From Rhodothermales bacterium (lineage in GTDB: Bacteria; Bacteroidota; Rhodothermia; Rhodothermales; Bin80): DNA of 64,000 nt. The stretch lies in NCBI GenBank assembly GCA_965200955.1, contig OZ241742.1, forward strand, positions 702,831 through 766,830. Reading direction: 5' to 3'. The position numbers and the translations under genes were made by a program. A model generated the notes under the pieces. That model saw only the letters and a program-made list of their open reading frames with translations. It made no database searches and was not told where the DNA came from. Positions 46,945 through 56,299 of this stretch are shown here, piece after piece (position 1 is the first letter of the stretch; every line of letters begins with the position of its first letter).

Positions 46945-48807
46945 ATGTCGGATACCACATCTACACAGAAATTTGAATACAAAGCTGAGATGCAGCAACT
47001 GTTGCATCTCATCATTAATTCGCTCTATACCAATCAGGAAATTTTTCTGAGAGAGTTGATTTCCAATGCCTCGGATGCACTCAACAAGGCCCGATTTCAG
47101 CGATTAACCGATCATTCGGGAGAGGATTCTACCGAATACAAGATTACGATCACGGTGGATCAGGATGCCAATACGCTCTCGGTTGAAGATACTGGCGTTG
47201 GGATGACGCGTGATGACTTAATTGAACGTTTGGGAACGATTGCAAGTAGTGGTACACTTGCCTTTATTGAAGAGCAAAAGGCTTCTGGAAAGCCGATGGA
47301 TGCAGGAATGATTGGTCAGTTTGGGGTTGGGTTTTATTCAGCCTTCATGGTTGCTGATCAAATACGCATTGAAACCCTGCATGGTGGAGAGGATGCTGAG
47401 CCGATGGATTGGGTCAGCGATGGTACAGGAACCTACGAAATCACTTCAGGCACTCGATCTGAACCCGGCACCAAAATTACGCTTCATCTCAAGGAAGATG
47501 CCAAGGAATTCTCTGAGGAAGTTCGTATTCGCTCCATTATTCGTAAATACTCCAATTTTGTTGACTTCCCCATCCATCTGGGAGAAGATCAGGTCAACAC
47601 GCTCAAGGCACTCTGGAAAACCCGCAAGGATGAAGTTTCCGATGAGGAGCGTTCAGAGTTCTATAAATTCATCTCAGGCGACTACAGTGAGCCTCTTGGA
47701 CATCTGCATCTTCAAATCGAAGGTCTCCTTTCTTTTGACGCTCTGCTGTTTATCCCTTCCCAGGCCCCCTATTCTTTTTTTCGAGAGGAGCGTCGTAGTG
47801 ATCTTCATCTGTACTGTTCGGGTGTCTTTGTTCGTGATGATGCCGAAGAGCTGCTTCCAGAGTATCTGAATTTTGTGCGTGGCATTGTTGATACCGATGA
47901 CCTTCCTTTGAACGTATCTAGGGAAGTAACTCAAAACAGCCCTGTCGCGAAGCGTATCCGATCTACGCTAACCGGTAAACTCCTTGGACTTCTTTCTGAA
48001 TGGGCTTCAGATGACATTGAACGCTACAATACATTTTTCGAGAACTTTGGTCCAGCACTGAAGACGGGGCTCTTCACGGGTCTGGATAAGCGGGATGATC
48101 TGTTAGAGTTGATGCGGTATCCATCTACTTCGGGTGAGCATGTGACCTCTCTTGAAGACTATGTCACTCGGATGCCCGACCATCAGGAATCCATTTATTT
48201 TCTTTTGGCTGATTCACTTGAATCAGCACGGAAGAGTCCTCACCTTGAGGTTTTTTCTCGGAAAGCACTGGAGGTTTTGCTCTTGGTGGATCCCATTGAC
48301 GCTCTTACCCTTCCGAACGTTGAAAAGTATAAAGACAAAACATTCACCAATGTGACATCCGCTGAACTTGACCTCAGGGATGATTCTGACATAGAACCTG
48401 AGTCGATTCCCGGTGATGAGGTGGATACGCTTCTTACACAATTTCGAGTTCAGTTGGGGGACCGTGTTCAGGATGTGGTTGCGTCCAAGCGTTTAGTGGA
48501 CTCAGCGGCGACCTTAGTGACTGCCAAAGATGCTATGGATCCCCAGTTGGAGCGCATGATGAAATCCATGAATCCTGAATTTGAGGGGGCCAAGAAAGTG
48601 CTTGAACTCAATGTGGATCACCCCTTGATGAAAAATATTCTCGCTCTTACGTCTACGAATCAAGAGTCTTTGGTGAACGACACCATTGAACAGGTCTATG
48701 AGGGTGCTCTTTTGCTGGATGGCAATCTCACGGAGCCATCTGATTTTGTTTCTCGGATGACACGCATCCTTGTTGATGTAACTGCTGAGCCTTCTCCAGT
48801 GTCGTGA
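46945..48807 (+). CDS. htpG: molecular chaperone HtpG (Hsp90)
   Basis: FLRELISNASDALNK, DTGVGMT, GQFGVGFYSAF. The ATG at 46945 lies after the upstream stop at 46928. Confidence 0.95.
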   Translation: MSDTTSTQKFEYKAEMQQLLHLIINSLYTNQEIFLRELISNASDALNKARFQRLTDHSGEDSTEYKITITVDQDANTLSVEDTGVGMTRDDLIERLGTIASSGTLAFIEEQKASGKPMDAGMIGQFGVGFYSAFMVADQIRIETLHGGEDAEPMDWVSDGTGTYEITSGTRSEPGTKITLHLKEDAKEFSEEVRIRSIIRKYSNFVDFPIHLGEDQVNTLKALWKTRKDEVSDEERSEFYKFISGDYSEPLGHLHLQIEGLLSFDALLFIPSQAPYSFFREERRSDLHLYCSGVFVRDDAEELLPEYLNFVRGIVDTDDLPLNVSREVTQNSPVAKRIRSTLTGKLLGLLSEWASDDIERYNTFFENFGPALKTGLFTGLDKRDDLLELMRYPSTSGEHVTSLEDYVTRMPDHQESIYFLLADSLESARKSPHLEVFSRKALEVLLLVDPIDALTLPNVEKYKDKTFTNVTSAELDLRDDSDIEPESIPGDEVDTLLTQFRVQLGDRVQDVVASKRLVDSAATLVTAKDAMDPQLERMMKSMNPEFEGAKKVLELNVDHPLMKNILALTSTNQESLVNDTIEQVYEGALLLDGNLTEPSDFVSRMTRILVDVTAEPSPVS

Positions 48808-49691
48808 ACCACCATCGCTCTCTGCTTGGAGGTATTGAGGCGGGAGGAACCAAATTTGTCTGTTCTATCGGACATCCTCCTGATGAGATCCATGCAACGG
48901 AGCGATTTCCAACGACGACCCCCGAAGAGACAGTCAGGCGTGCGATTCGCTTTTTCCAGTCCCAGCCGCAGCTACCTGAACGGATTGGCATTGCTACCTT
49001 TGGACCTGCTGACCTCAACCCTAATTCAGATACGTATGGGTTTATTACTAGTACTCCTAAGCCCGGATGGTCGCATACAGATTTAGCAGGGTGTATCCAG
49101 CGTGAATTGCATGTCTCCATAGCGTTTGATACCGATGTCAATGGTGCGGCGATGGGTGAATACTTATGGGGTGCAGGATGTGGTCTCAAAAATCTTCTCT
49201 ATCTCACGGTTGGAACGGGATTCGGTGGCGGTGCTTTGGTGAATGGTCGCCCGATCCACGGACTTGTCCATCCAGAGATGGGACATCTGCTACTACCAAG
49301 GGCCGAGGGGGATACGTATGAGGGGCATTGTCCGTTTCACAGAACATGTCTGGAAGGCATGGCTACGGGGCCAGCAATTCAAGATCGCTGGGGAGTGGCA
49401 GCGGAGGAGTTGCCTGAAGATCATCTTGGATGGATCTTTGAGGTCCATTACTTATCGCATGCAGTTGTCAATCTGATGTTGACCTTATCTCCTGAGCGCA
49501 TTATCATGGGCGGGGGTGTCATGCAACAAAAGCATTTATTTCCTGCGATTCAATCAAAGGTTCTTTCTCTCTTGAATGGGTATGTTCAATCACCCAAAAT
49601 TCTTGAGGAGATTGATCAATATATCGTGCCCCCTCAACTGGGCAATGATGCAGGTGTCCTAGGAGCAATGGCCCTGACGATGATACAGTGA
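48804..49691 (+). CDS. ROK-family sugar kinase (fructokinase/glucokinase-like)
   Basis: GIEAGGTKF N-terminus, the GTGFGGG segment, and the ROK Cys/His cluster HPEMGHLLL...HCPFHRTCLEG. Confidence 0.85.
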   Translation: MNHHRSLLGGIEAGGTKFVCSIGHPPDEIHATERFPTTTPEETVRRAIRFFQSQPQLPERIGIATFGPADLNPNSDTYGFITSTPKPGWSHTDLAGCIQRELHVSIAFDTDVNGAAMGEYLWGAGCGLKNLLYLTVGTGFGGGALVNGRPIHGLVHPEMGHLLLPRAEGDTYEGHCPFHRTCLEGMATGPAIQDRWGVAAEELPEDHLGWIFEVHYLSHAVVNLMLTLSPERIIMGGGVMQQKHLFPAIQSKVLSLLNGYVQSPKILEEIDQYIVPPQLGNDAGVLGAMALTMIQ

Positions 49692-49835
49692 GATCACCAT
49701 TCAATCCCTGCAGTCCCTTCTGAGCAGGGGATCATATGTGATGAGCCGAATCTGATCCATTCCGTGAATCGGTAGGTTTTCTGTAAGGATCCAATGGATC
49801 TTTGAAGAGGACATCATTCACGGAATCATGATGTC

Positions 49836-50540
49836 TCATTCTATGGTTTGATTCTCCCGTAGGATTTGCCTTGCTTCGGTAATATTTTTGGATAATATGG
49901 TCGCCCGATCAGTAAGCATGGAATAATGGTGATTTCGTATAGATTCTGGATCAATCAACGCACTTCCGATTCCTAAGGCTTGGGCACCAGCATGGATCCA
50001 TGTTCCGGCATTGTCTGGAGTGACACCACCTGTCGGTAAACATTTGAGATGAGGTAGTGGTGCTAGGAGTGCTTTGAGATATCCGATTCCCAGCTGTTGT
50101 GCTGGGAATATTTTCACCATGTCCGCCCCCCATTCATGGGCAGTTTGTACTTCCGTAGGAGTAAAGGCACCGGGTAATACTGCACAGTCTAGAGCATGCC
50201 CAGCGTCAATGATTTCCTTTTTTGTGATAGGACTAACGATAAACGATCCACCAGCTGACGCAACATCTTGAACTTGCTTTGGATTGATGACAGAACCTGC
50301 ACCAATTAGCATCTTCGTTCCATAGGATTGGGATAATTGTTCAATCATAGACAATGCATTAGGGGTGGTCAGTGTGACCTCTAAGGTTCGAATGCCCCCT
50401 ATCAATAGAGCCTCTGCAATGGGGAGTATGGGTACAGATTCATGGAGACGGATGACTGCCATTGCTCCGAATCGGATGATATGTTCAGTCTGGGTCTGGA
50501 TTTGTTGATTCATGTGATTCAAAGAATGAAGCCTTTTCAA
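49836..50540 (-). CDS. eda: KDPG / 4-hydroxy-2-oxoglutarate aldolase
   Basis: IRTLEVTLTTP, GAGSV and GADMVKIFPA (Schiff-base Lys). The exact start is uncertain (alternative M at MNQQ). Confidence 0.85.
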   Translation of the reverse strand: MKRLHSLNHMNQQIQTQTEHIIRFGAMAVIRLHESVPILPIAEALLIGGIRTLEVTLTTPNALSMIEQLSQSYGTKMLIGAGSVINPKQVQDVASAGGSFIVSPITKKEIIDAGHALDCAVLPGAFTPTEVQTAHEWGADMVKIFPAQQLGIGYLKALLAPLPHLKCLPTGGVTPDNAGTWIHAGAQALGIGSALIDPESIRNHHYSMLTDRATILSKNITEARQILRENQTIE

Positions 50541-50665
50541 TAAGCGTTCGTATACAAGTTACGGTATCCGAGCAAATAAGAAAGATAAACACCTTTATGG
50601 AAGATCTCTTTTCGTTAGGATACCTCATCCACTGATTGTAGTATTTCTAATCAAAATCTATTAAG

Positions 50666-52177
50666 ATGAATCATTCCTCCATAGACACTGCATCTTTGAA
50701 CTATCACCATACCCTCACTGCCAATGGTGGGGTGAGTGTTGACTTGTTGGCCGATCTTGAAAAGAAGTCCCGGCTTTTAGAACCCAGCCAAGACGAACTG
50801 GATAAACTGTTTACGAAGACGGAGCACTATGCAAGACAACATCTTGCACAAGTCCATGACACACCTGCCTATGTAAAATCAGGTGATCGTAGTATTGGAC
50901 TGCTTTCTTCACCGATCACAGAGACGGGGATCTCAATAGATGACACATTGAATCTGCTCCATGATTATGTAGATCACGAAGGACTCAATTCGGGATCTCC
51001 TCGTTATCTTGGCTATATTCCCTCTGGTGGAATTGTACACTCTGCATTTGGTGATTTTTTGGCTGCTATTGGTGGACGCTATGCGGGTGTTTTTCATTCA
51101 TCTCCAGGGGCAGTCCGCATGGAGAATATGCTTGTTCGGTGGATGGCAGAGGTCGTTGGTTATCCAAGAGGGGCCGGGGGCTATCTTGCTTCTGGCGGAA
51201 GTATTGCCAACTTATCTGCTGTCATCACCGCTCGTGAGGCACATGGATTGCGAGGATCTGATTATGATCGAGCCGTGATCTATATGACAGCACATACGCA
51301 TCATTGTGTGGACAAAGCTTTACGGATCGCTGGTATGGGAAGCTCTATCCTGCGTCGGGTACCTGAAGATGGTCGATGTCGCATGTCCCCAGAGGCTCTG
51401 GAGAAAAGTATTGCTGCGGATAAAGCATCAGGACTGGATCCATGGCTCATTGTGGGGTCGGCGGGGACCACCAATACTGGTACAGTGGATCCATTAGCAG
51501 ACTTGGCTACGATTGCACGATCCAACAATTTGTGGTTTCATGTCGATGGTGCCTATGGTGCTTTCTTTGCATTATGTCCTGAAGGTCAGGAGGTTCTCAC
51601 TGGGATCAATCAATCGGATTCTTTGGTATTGGATCCGCACAAAACTCTGTTTTTGCCGTTTGGCACGGGTGCACTCCTCATGCGGGATCAGGAGTTTTTG
51701 GGGCCAGCTCACGGGGGACGAGGTGCTTATATGGTTGACATGGACTCTGATGCCAACGAACTCTCGCCAGCCTATGTATCTCCTGAATTGACCAAACATT
51801 TTAGGGGATTGCGTATGTGGCTTCCGCTTAAAGTTTTGGGAGTAGCACCGTTTCGGGCGGCCTTGTCTGAAAAAATTTATTTAGCCCGATACGCCTACGA
51901 ACGTCTTAAGGCTATGGATGGAATTCAGGTGGGGCCTTACCCTGATTTATCGATTGTGACGTATCGTTATGTCCCTCCACAAGGAGATCCAAATGAATTT
52001 AACAGGTCTCTGGTCAAGAGTTTACATGAGGATGGTCGCGTCTTTATGACATCTACACAAATTGGAAGTACGGTCGTCTTGCGAATGGCTGTCGGGTCTT
52101 TTCGAACCCATCGCCAAGACATTGATCAATCTTTGGATATTCTAAACCACACCATAGATGGCCTTCTACAAAGGTGA
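50666..52177 (+). CDS. group II pyridoxal-phosphate-dependent (aromatic amino acid-type) decarboxylase
   Basis: GGSIANLSAV, HVDGAYGA, LDPHKTLFLPFGTG (PLP lysine). Confidence 0.85.
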   Translation: MNHSSIDTASLNYHHTLTANGGVSVDLLADLEKKSRLLEPSQDELDKLFTKTEHYARQHLAQVHDTPAYVKSGDRSIGLLSSPITETGISIDDTLNLLHDYVDHEGLNSGSPRYLGYIPSGGIVHSAFGDFLAAIGGRYAGVFHSSPGAVRMENMLVRWMAEVVGYPRGAGGYLASGGSIANLSAVITAREAHGLRGSDYDRAVIYMTAHTHHCVDKALRIAGMGSSILRRVPEDGRCRMSPEALEKSIAADKASGLDPWLIVGSAGTTNTGTVDPLADLATIARSNNLWFHVDGAYGAFFALCPEGQEVLTGINQSDSLVLDPHKTLFLPFGTGALLMRDQEFLGPAHGGRGAYMVDMDSDANELSPAYVSPELTKHFRGLRMWLPLKVLGVAPFRAALSEKIYLARYAYERLKAMDGIQVGPYPDLSIVTYRYVPPQGDPNEFNRSLVKSLHEDGRVFMTSTQIGSTVVLRMAVGSFRTHRQDIDQSLDILNHTIDGLLQR

Positions 52178-52229
52178 GTGCAGATGAATGCCATTGCCCC
52201 GTATCTATTCATTCTGAGAAGAACCTTGA

Positions 52230-52709
52230 TCAATCGCTGATTGATTGACAAAGATCTCTTCTTGCCAGCAGTTTTTTGTGTCCAGATGAAAAATTTCCAC
52301 GACTTTCATTCGTTGTATAGACTTTACCTCTGGGGTTATTGATTAAATCTTTGTTTTTGAAATCCTGTTGCAAAGATTTATCATTGGAATACAACAAACG
52401 AGCCCCGCTGACTTGGGCAAGAGCGATGATATGAGGATCATCGGATTGACAGCACCCCTCATCAGTGAGCTCCATTTCTCTCTGATTGACTGTATCATCT
52501 GGTTTTCGTAAAATCTTACCCTGAGATTGAACTGTGGTAACCCAGTGCCTAAATTTTACCGAGGCCCTTGAAAGCTCGGCGGTCAATCTTCCACCTACGA
52601 CTAAACGCCCCCTACCACTATATATCCAGCGACGGAATTGTAATCCTGCCTCATGATTTTCGTCTCCAAAAACTTCGTGCACAGCGTTTGCATCAATGAT
52701 AGCACACAT
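52230..52709 (-). CDS. PIN-like domain protein (candidate nuclease effector)
   Basis: MCAIIDANAV N-terminus and SDDPHIIALAQVSGARLLYSNDKSLQQDF resemble the first and last acidic strands of PIN domains. It starts 3 nt after the ATPase stop. Confidence 0.45.
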   Translation of the reverse strand: MCAIIDANAVHEVFGDENHEAGLQFRRWIYSGRGRLVVGGRLTAELSRASVKFRHWVTTVQSQGKILRKPDDTVNQREMELTDEGCCQSDDPHIIALAQVSGARLLYSNDKSLQQDFKNKDLINNPRGKVYTTNESRGNFSSGHKKLLARRDLCQSISD

Positions 52710-52712
52710 TTT

Positions 52713-54038
52713 TCAGAACCAAATAGACCTGTCCATTTCTTCCATAAAAAATCTTCCATAGCTATTGGGCGTGTTGAGAACATTGCCTAATTCGTCTATT
52801 TTGATATTATGAATTTGAACACTGGTATCATTACGTTCAAAGTATAGAATAGACACATCATCTGGTTTTAAATTCGTTTTCTTGTCGCGTACATCCATAC
52901 GAATCCGATCAATCACATAATTACTGTGAGCCTCAACGATCAATTGCCGTCCTAGACCAGCAATCTCGCAGAATAGAGTTCCCAAAGCCGCTTGGACACT
53001 TGGATGAAGGTGTATATCTGGTTGTTGTAGTAATACCATTCTGTGATTTTCTGGTAACAAGAGTTCTGTTAGAATAGGCAAAACTTGACTAATCCCGTAT
53101 CCAACATCTATCAAATTTTGCTTGGGCCCCTTACGTCTTTTACCGAATTTTCGAATCTGAATCTGAAAAGGGGCACTTCTTGACTTCCCTAAGCGTTTGA
53201 TACTGATTTCATCAAAGATACCAGCGGTAGATCCAAAGTGTTCTAACTTGTTTTTGAAGTTTATCCATTCTTTGCCACCAGTATACGCCAAATCTGCCAT
53301 AAGCATTGGAATAGTAGATCCTTCTGGGTCGGAGATCAATCCTTCTGGATCGTACGTCCGTTGGGGCTTGGAACGAGCGGGTGCACTTACAAAAGGCCTA
53401 TTCTCTTTACGGTCAAAATTTAATAACCCAGAGCTGACGATCACATTTGCATCTTCTTTGGTAAATTCTGGTGAGCCTTGTACTGGGGATAGGGTGGTAA
53501 TTTTTCCTACCGATTCAGGAAAAGATATTTCTGGAATGGTTGCCAGCGTCAGTCGTCTTGCAAAAAATAACGATGTACTACTATCATGAACATCAATACT
53601 TGTGAGTGGTGCTTCCCATCTTCCCCTATGCGTTTTAATCTGAACTCTTGTATTGCCTTCACGATCTTTAAATTCTTCTATCCAAGCACCATTACTCCTT
53701 AAACTTGTTCTGACTGGCACGGCCATAGTCTTTTTTTTACCAAATTCAAATGTAGCTTCTAAATTGTTGTCTAATAGAAGTGCCCCTCCAAAGGTGGACA
53801 CTTGTGGAGTTCTCCCATTATGGCGATAAGCAATCTCTTCAAAGCTTCCAAGGTCAAATGGGTCTTCCTTAAAGTTTGGAATTTGATGGGAATATATACA
53901 ATCCCATAATGCTCTAATCATGGCTAGAAAAGAGGTCTTGCCAGTACTATTGTCTCCCACAAGCAATGTTAAGGGAGCAAGGTGGGCGACCTGCTTTTCG
54001 TGAAAGCAACGAAAGTTTTCAAGTGTGATCTTTTTCAT
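52713..54038 (-). CDS. ABC-type (AAA_15/AAA_21-like) ATPase without fused nuclease
   Basis: ENFRCF...LTLLVGDNSTGKTSFL (Walker A), GYGISQVLPIL (signature-like), MVLLQQPDIHLHP (Walker B region), LIVEAHSNYVIDRI (H-loop). Confidence 0.75.
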   Translation of the reverse strand: MKKITLENFRCFHEKQVAHLAPLTLLVGDNSTGKTSFLAMIRALWDCIYSHQIPNFKEDPFDLGSFEEIAYRHNGRTPQVSTFGGALLLDNNLEATFEFGKKKTMAVPVRTSLRSNGAWIEEFKDREGNTRVQIKTHRGRWEAPLTSIDVHDSSTSLFFARRLTLATIPEISFPESVGKITTLSPVQGSPEFTKEDANVIVSSGLLNFDRKENRPFVSAPARSKPQRTYDPEGLISDPEGSTIPMLMADLAYTGGKEWINFKNKLEHFGSTAGIFDEISIKRLGKSRSAPFQIQIRKFGKRRKGPKQNLIDVGYGISQVLPILTELLLPENHRMVLLQQPDIHLHPSVQAALGTLFCEIAGLGRQLIVEAHSNYVIDRIRMDVRDKKTNLKPDDVSILYFERNDTSVQIHNIKIDELGNVLNTPNSYGRFFMEEMDRSIWF

Positions 54039-54375
54039 TAAAATCCCTGATTCATCGTGCTACCAACTATCACAAGATCACATCTAATTAAAGAGCATCC
54101 AAGGCTACTGAACCTCGTTGCAGATCCATGTAAAAGAATCTGAAATCTACAAAATGAACTTGCGTATTCAACTGTCTTGGGATGATGAAAACTCAATACC
54201 AAGAATTATGATTGATCAATTCCGCGACAAGATACTACATATCATCTCGTGTTCGGTTCCAAGGATAAAGAGCATTATGATGTTATTGATCTGATTTAGA
54301 CTCATTTGAGTTTGGCTAAATCAAAACAATGTACAAAAATTTTTGTATTACACAAATTCTAAAAACAAATTCCAT

Positions 54376-54843
54376 ATGATGGTCTCCGTGTTCGAAAGTG
54401 CAGAGTATCTCTGTAATCGTTCTGATTGGAAAATCAGCAATTTACAGGTGCAAAAATTGTTGTTCTTCGCACAGATGATTAGTTTGGGAAAACACAATCA
54501 AGAACTCATGAAGGAGGATTTTTTTGCTTGGCATTATGGGCCTGTTAATGCAGATCTCTTTAACGATGTCAAAATTTATGGTCCTTATCCAATTGGTGAT
54601 ATACCCTCAAGCGGGAAAATAGAACCTGTCGGACTTCAGCGATCCGTTTTGGATATCATATTCAGAAATTTTGGGAATTTATCTCCGGCACAATTGGTTC
54701 AACTTACCCATTGGGAGCACGGGGCCTGGGCTAAGTATTATACTCCTGGTAATAAGAGTATTGTTATTCCAAAGCAGGCGATCAAAGACGAGTATGATGA
54801 AAGAGCACGAAGATTTGAAACTGGAAGTAATGGAAAATCATAA
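54376..54843 (+). CDS. Panacea-domain (DUF4065) putative antitoxin, second copy
   Basis: NLQVQKLLFFAQMISLGKHNQELMKEDFFAWHYGPVNADLFNDVKIYG. The ATG at 54376 is preferred to the upstream TTG at 54343. Confidence 0.75.
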   Translation: MMVSVFESAEYLCNRSDWKISNLQVQKLLFFAQMISLGKHNQELMKEDFFAWHYGPVNADLFNDVKIYGPYPIGDIPSSGKIEPVGLQRSVLDIIFRNFGNLSPAQLVQLTHWEHGAWAKYYTPGNKSIVIPKQAIKDEYDERARRFETGSNGKS

Positions 54844-55215
54844 ATCTTTTCAGTCTAGCCATGATTGGTTTGACAAGCCCGATGAACAACAGGGTTCCTC
54901 AGGTCCATTTGAGATTGATGATACGGTGTCAAAAAACATCATAGATTTAATTGAGACGGCTAATACTACTCAAAAGTTAGAAGCTCAGATTACTATCAAG
55001 AGGAACAAAAAAACAAGAACCGATTCAAGTATGCTTTTGCATTTGTATCCATATCAACGGCTTGGCTATTTTTTGTTGCTCTTATTATCGTTGCTCACGG
55101 TTTTCGTCTGTGGGGTTTTGAATTAGAGACTGGGGTGCTTAATTTCTTACCGGGGTCAACTACGATAAATGTTTTAGGTCCGTCCCTACTTTTTGATTGC
55201 AAAGTATCTGTTTAA
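54830..55215 (+). pseudogene. paralogue of the 2-TM partner gene at 26342, frameshifted at an A7 run (55007-55013)
   Basis: The zero frame gives MENHKSF...IKRNKKTRTDS.. ending at 55126. The frame reached by adding one A reads NKNRFKYAFAFVSISTAWLFFVALIIVAHGFRLWGFELETGVLNFLPGSTTINVLGPSLLF, stops at 55213-55215, and aligns with QQFKINFHWVSLVGLWIGFLVILAFIVVWTWHIL of the first copy. Confidence 0.6.
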
Positions 55216-55404
55216 TGGTAAAGACCACTCATCTTCCAACGCTAGATGAAAAACTTTTATGGGTAGATTGAGTTGAGTCATATTGGAGCACTCAAGGAGA
55301 GTTAGATCATTTTTGATATGAGGCGTCAATAAGCGTACCATTGGCTAACTGTTAAATCCAGAACTGACTAAAATGCATCCTGGGAAAAGACGCATTGAAT
55401 TGTC

Positions 55405-56295
55405 CTAAGATCGCCCCCTCAATGCTGAATGCACGGCATGAGTGATTTTCGCACCCAGTGTTGCTGATTGAGTATCGTCGTCTAACCCTTCAATGAGAAC
55501 TACCAGCACATATGGGGGAGAGTTTGGTGGATAGATGATAGCTGCATCGTGATGAATCTGAGTGATTTGACCAGTTTTATGAGCAACGATCACATCCGAC
55601 GGTAGTCCAGCGGGAATCATTTCATTGAATTGCTGATCTTTAAGCACATCAACCATAGTCTGATCAGCGAATGAACCAATAGCTTCCCCATGACTGATGG
55701 CTTCCATGAGTGTTGCCAGTGCACTTGCGGTAGTAGAGTTACTCAGTCCTTGATTAAATGCTTTGATGTCTTCTACACCCCTGAGCACACGCATGCCAGA
55801 TGCTCCCAACGAATCAACGGTAGCCTGAATAGATTCTGCCCCCAAAAAATCGATTAACAGATTCGTTGCAAGATTGGACGATACCGTAATCATTTGGTAA
55901 ACTAATTCTGTGATCGTCATTTGTTGTCCTAATCGCTGATAAATTGCATCATCAGAGTCGTCTTCAATTTGATAGATGCTCCCATCTACAATAGAACGGA
56001 AAGAATTTTTGACTTCAAGAGTAGAATCCAATGAAATGGATCCGGATTGGATCCTACGCCAAACCTCAATTTGTACCGGTACTTTCATGGTACTAGCTGC
56101 ATGGAAGGAACGATCAGGCAAGATATCCAGAGATGTATTACTGCTCTGATCTCGTACAGATACTGCAACCGTAGCATCAGGATATTCACTAATAATGGCT
56201 TCAAGATTTTCTTGAAGCGTGACTGACGTATTGCAGGATAGGGATATCCCCGCTATCAGAGCGAACATCAACGGATTGAATAATTGACGCAACAC
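55405..56295 (-). CDS. class A beta-lactamase-family serine hydrolase
   Basis: S-x-x-K (ASTMK), SxN (VSSN) and KTG (HKTGQ) motifs in the correct order, with an N-terminal lipoprotein-like signal (LIAGISLSC). Confidence 0.8.
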   Translation of the reverse strand: MLRQLFNPLMFALIAGISLSCNTSVTLQENLEAIISEYPDATVAVSVRDQSSNTSLDILPDRSFHAASTMKVPVQIEVWRRIQSGSISLDSTLEVKNSFRSIVDGSIYQIEDDSDDAIYQRLGQQMTITELVYQMITVSSNLATNLLIDFLGAESIQATVDSLGASGMRVLRGVEDIKAFNQGLSNSTTASALATLMEAISHGEAIGSFADQTMVDVLKDQQFNEMIPAGLPSDVIVAHKTGQITQIHHDAAIIYPPNSPPYVLVVLIEGLDDDTQSATLGAKITHAVHSALRGRS

Positions 56296-56299
56296 AATC

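Noticed and set aside
47312-47869. 185-aa alternative-frame ORF within htpG.
   Set aside because: It is embedded in the unambiguous HtpG reading frame and has a low-complexity, non-protein-like sequence. It is a by-product of codon usage.
49705-49731. Short hairpin CCCTGC-N12-GCAGGG between the convergent ROK kinase and eda genes, considered as a bidirectional terminator.
   Set aside because: The stem is only 6 bp with no flanking T/A tracts, so support is insufficient.
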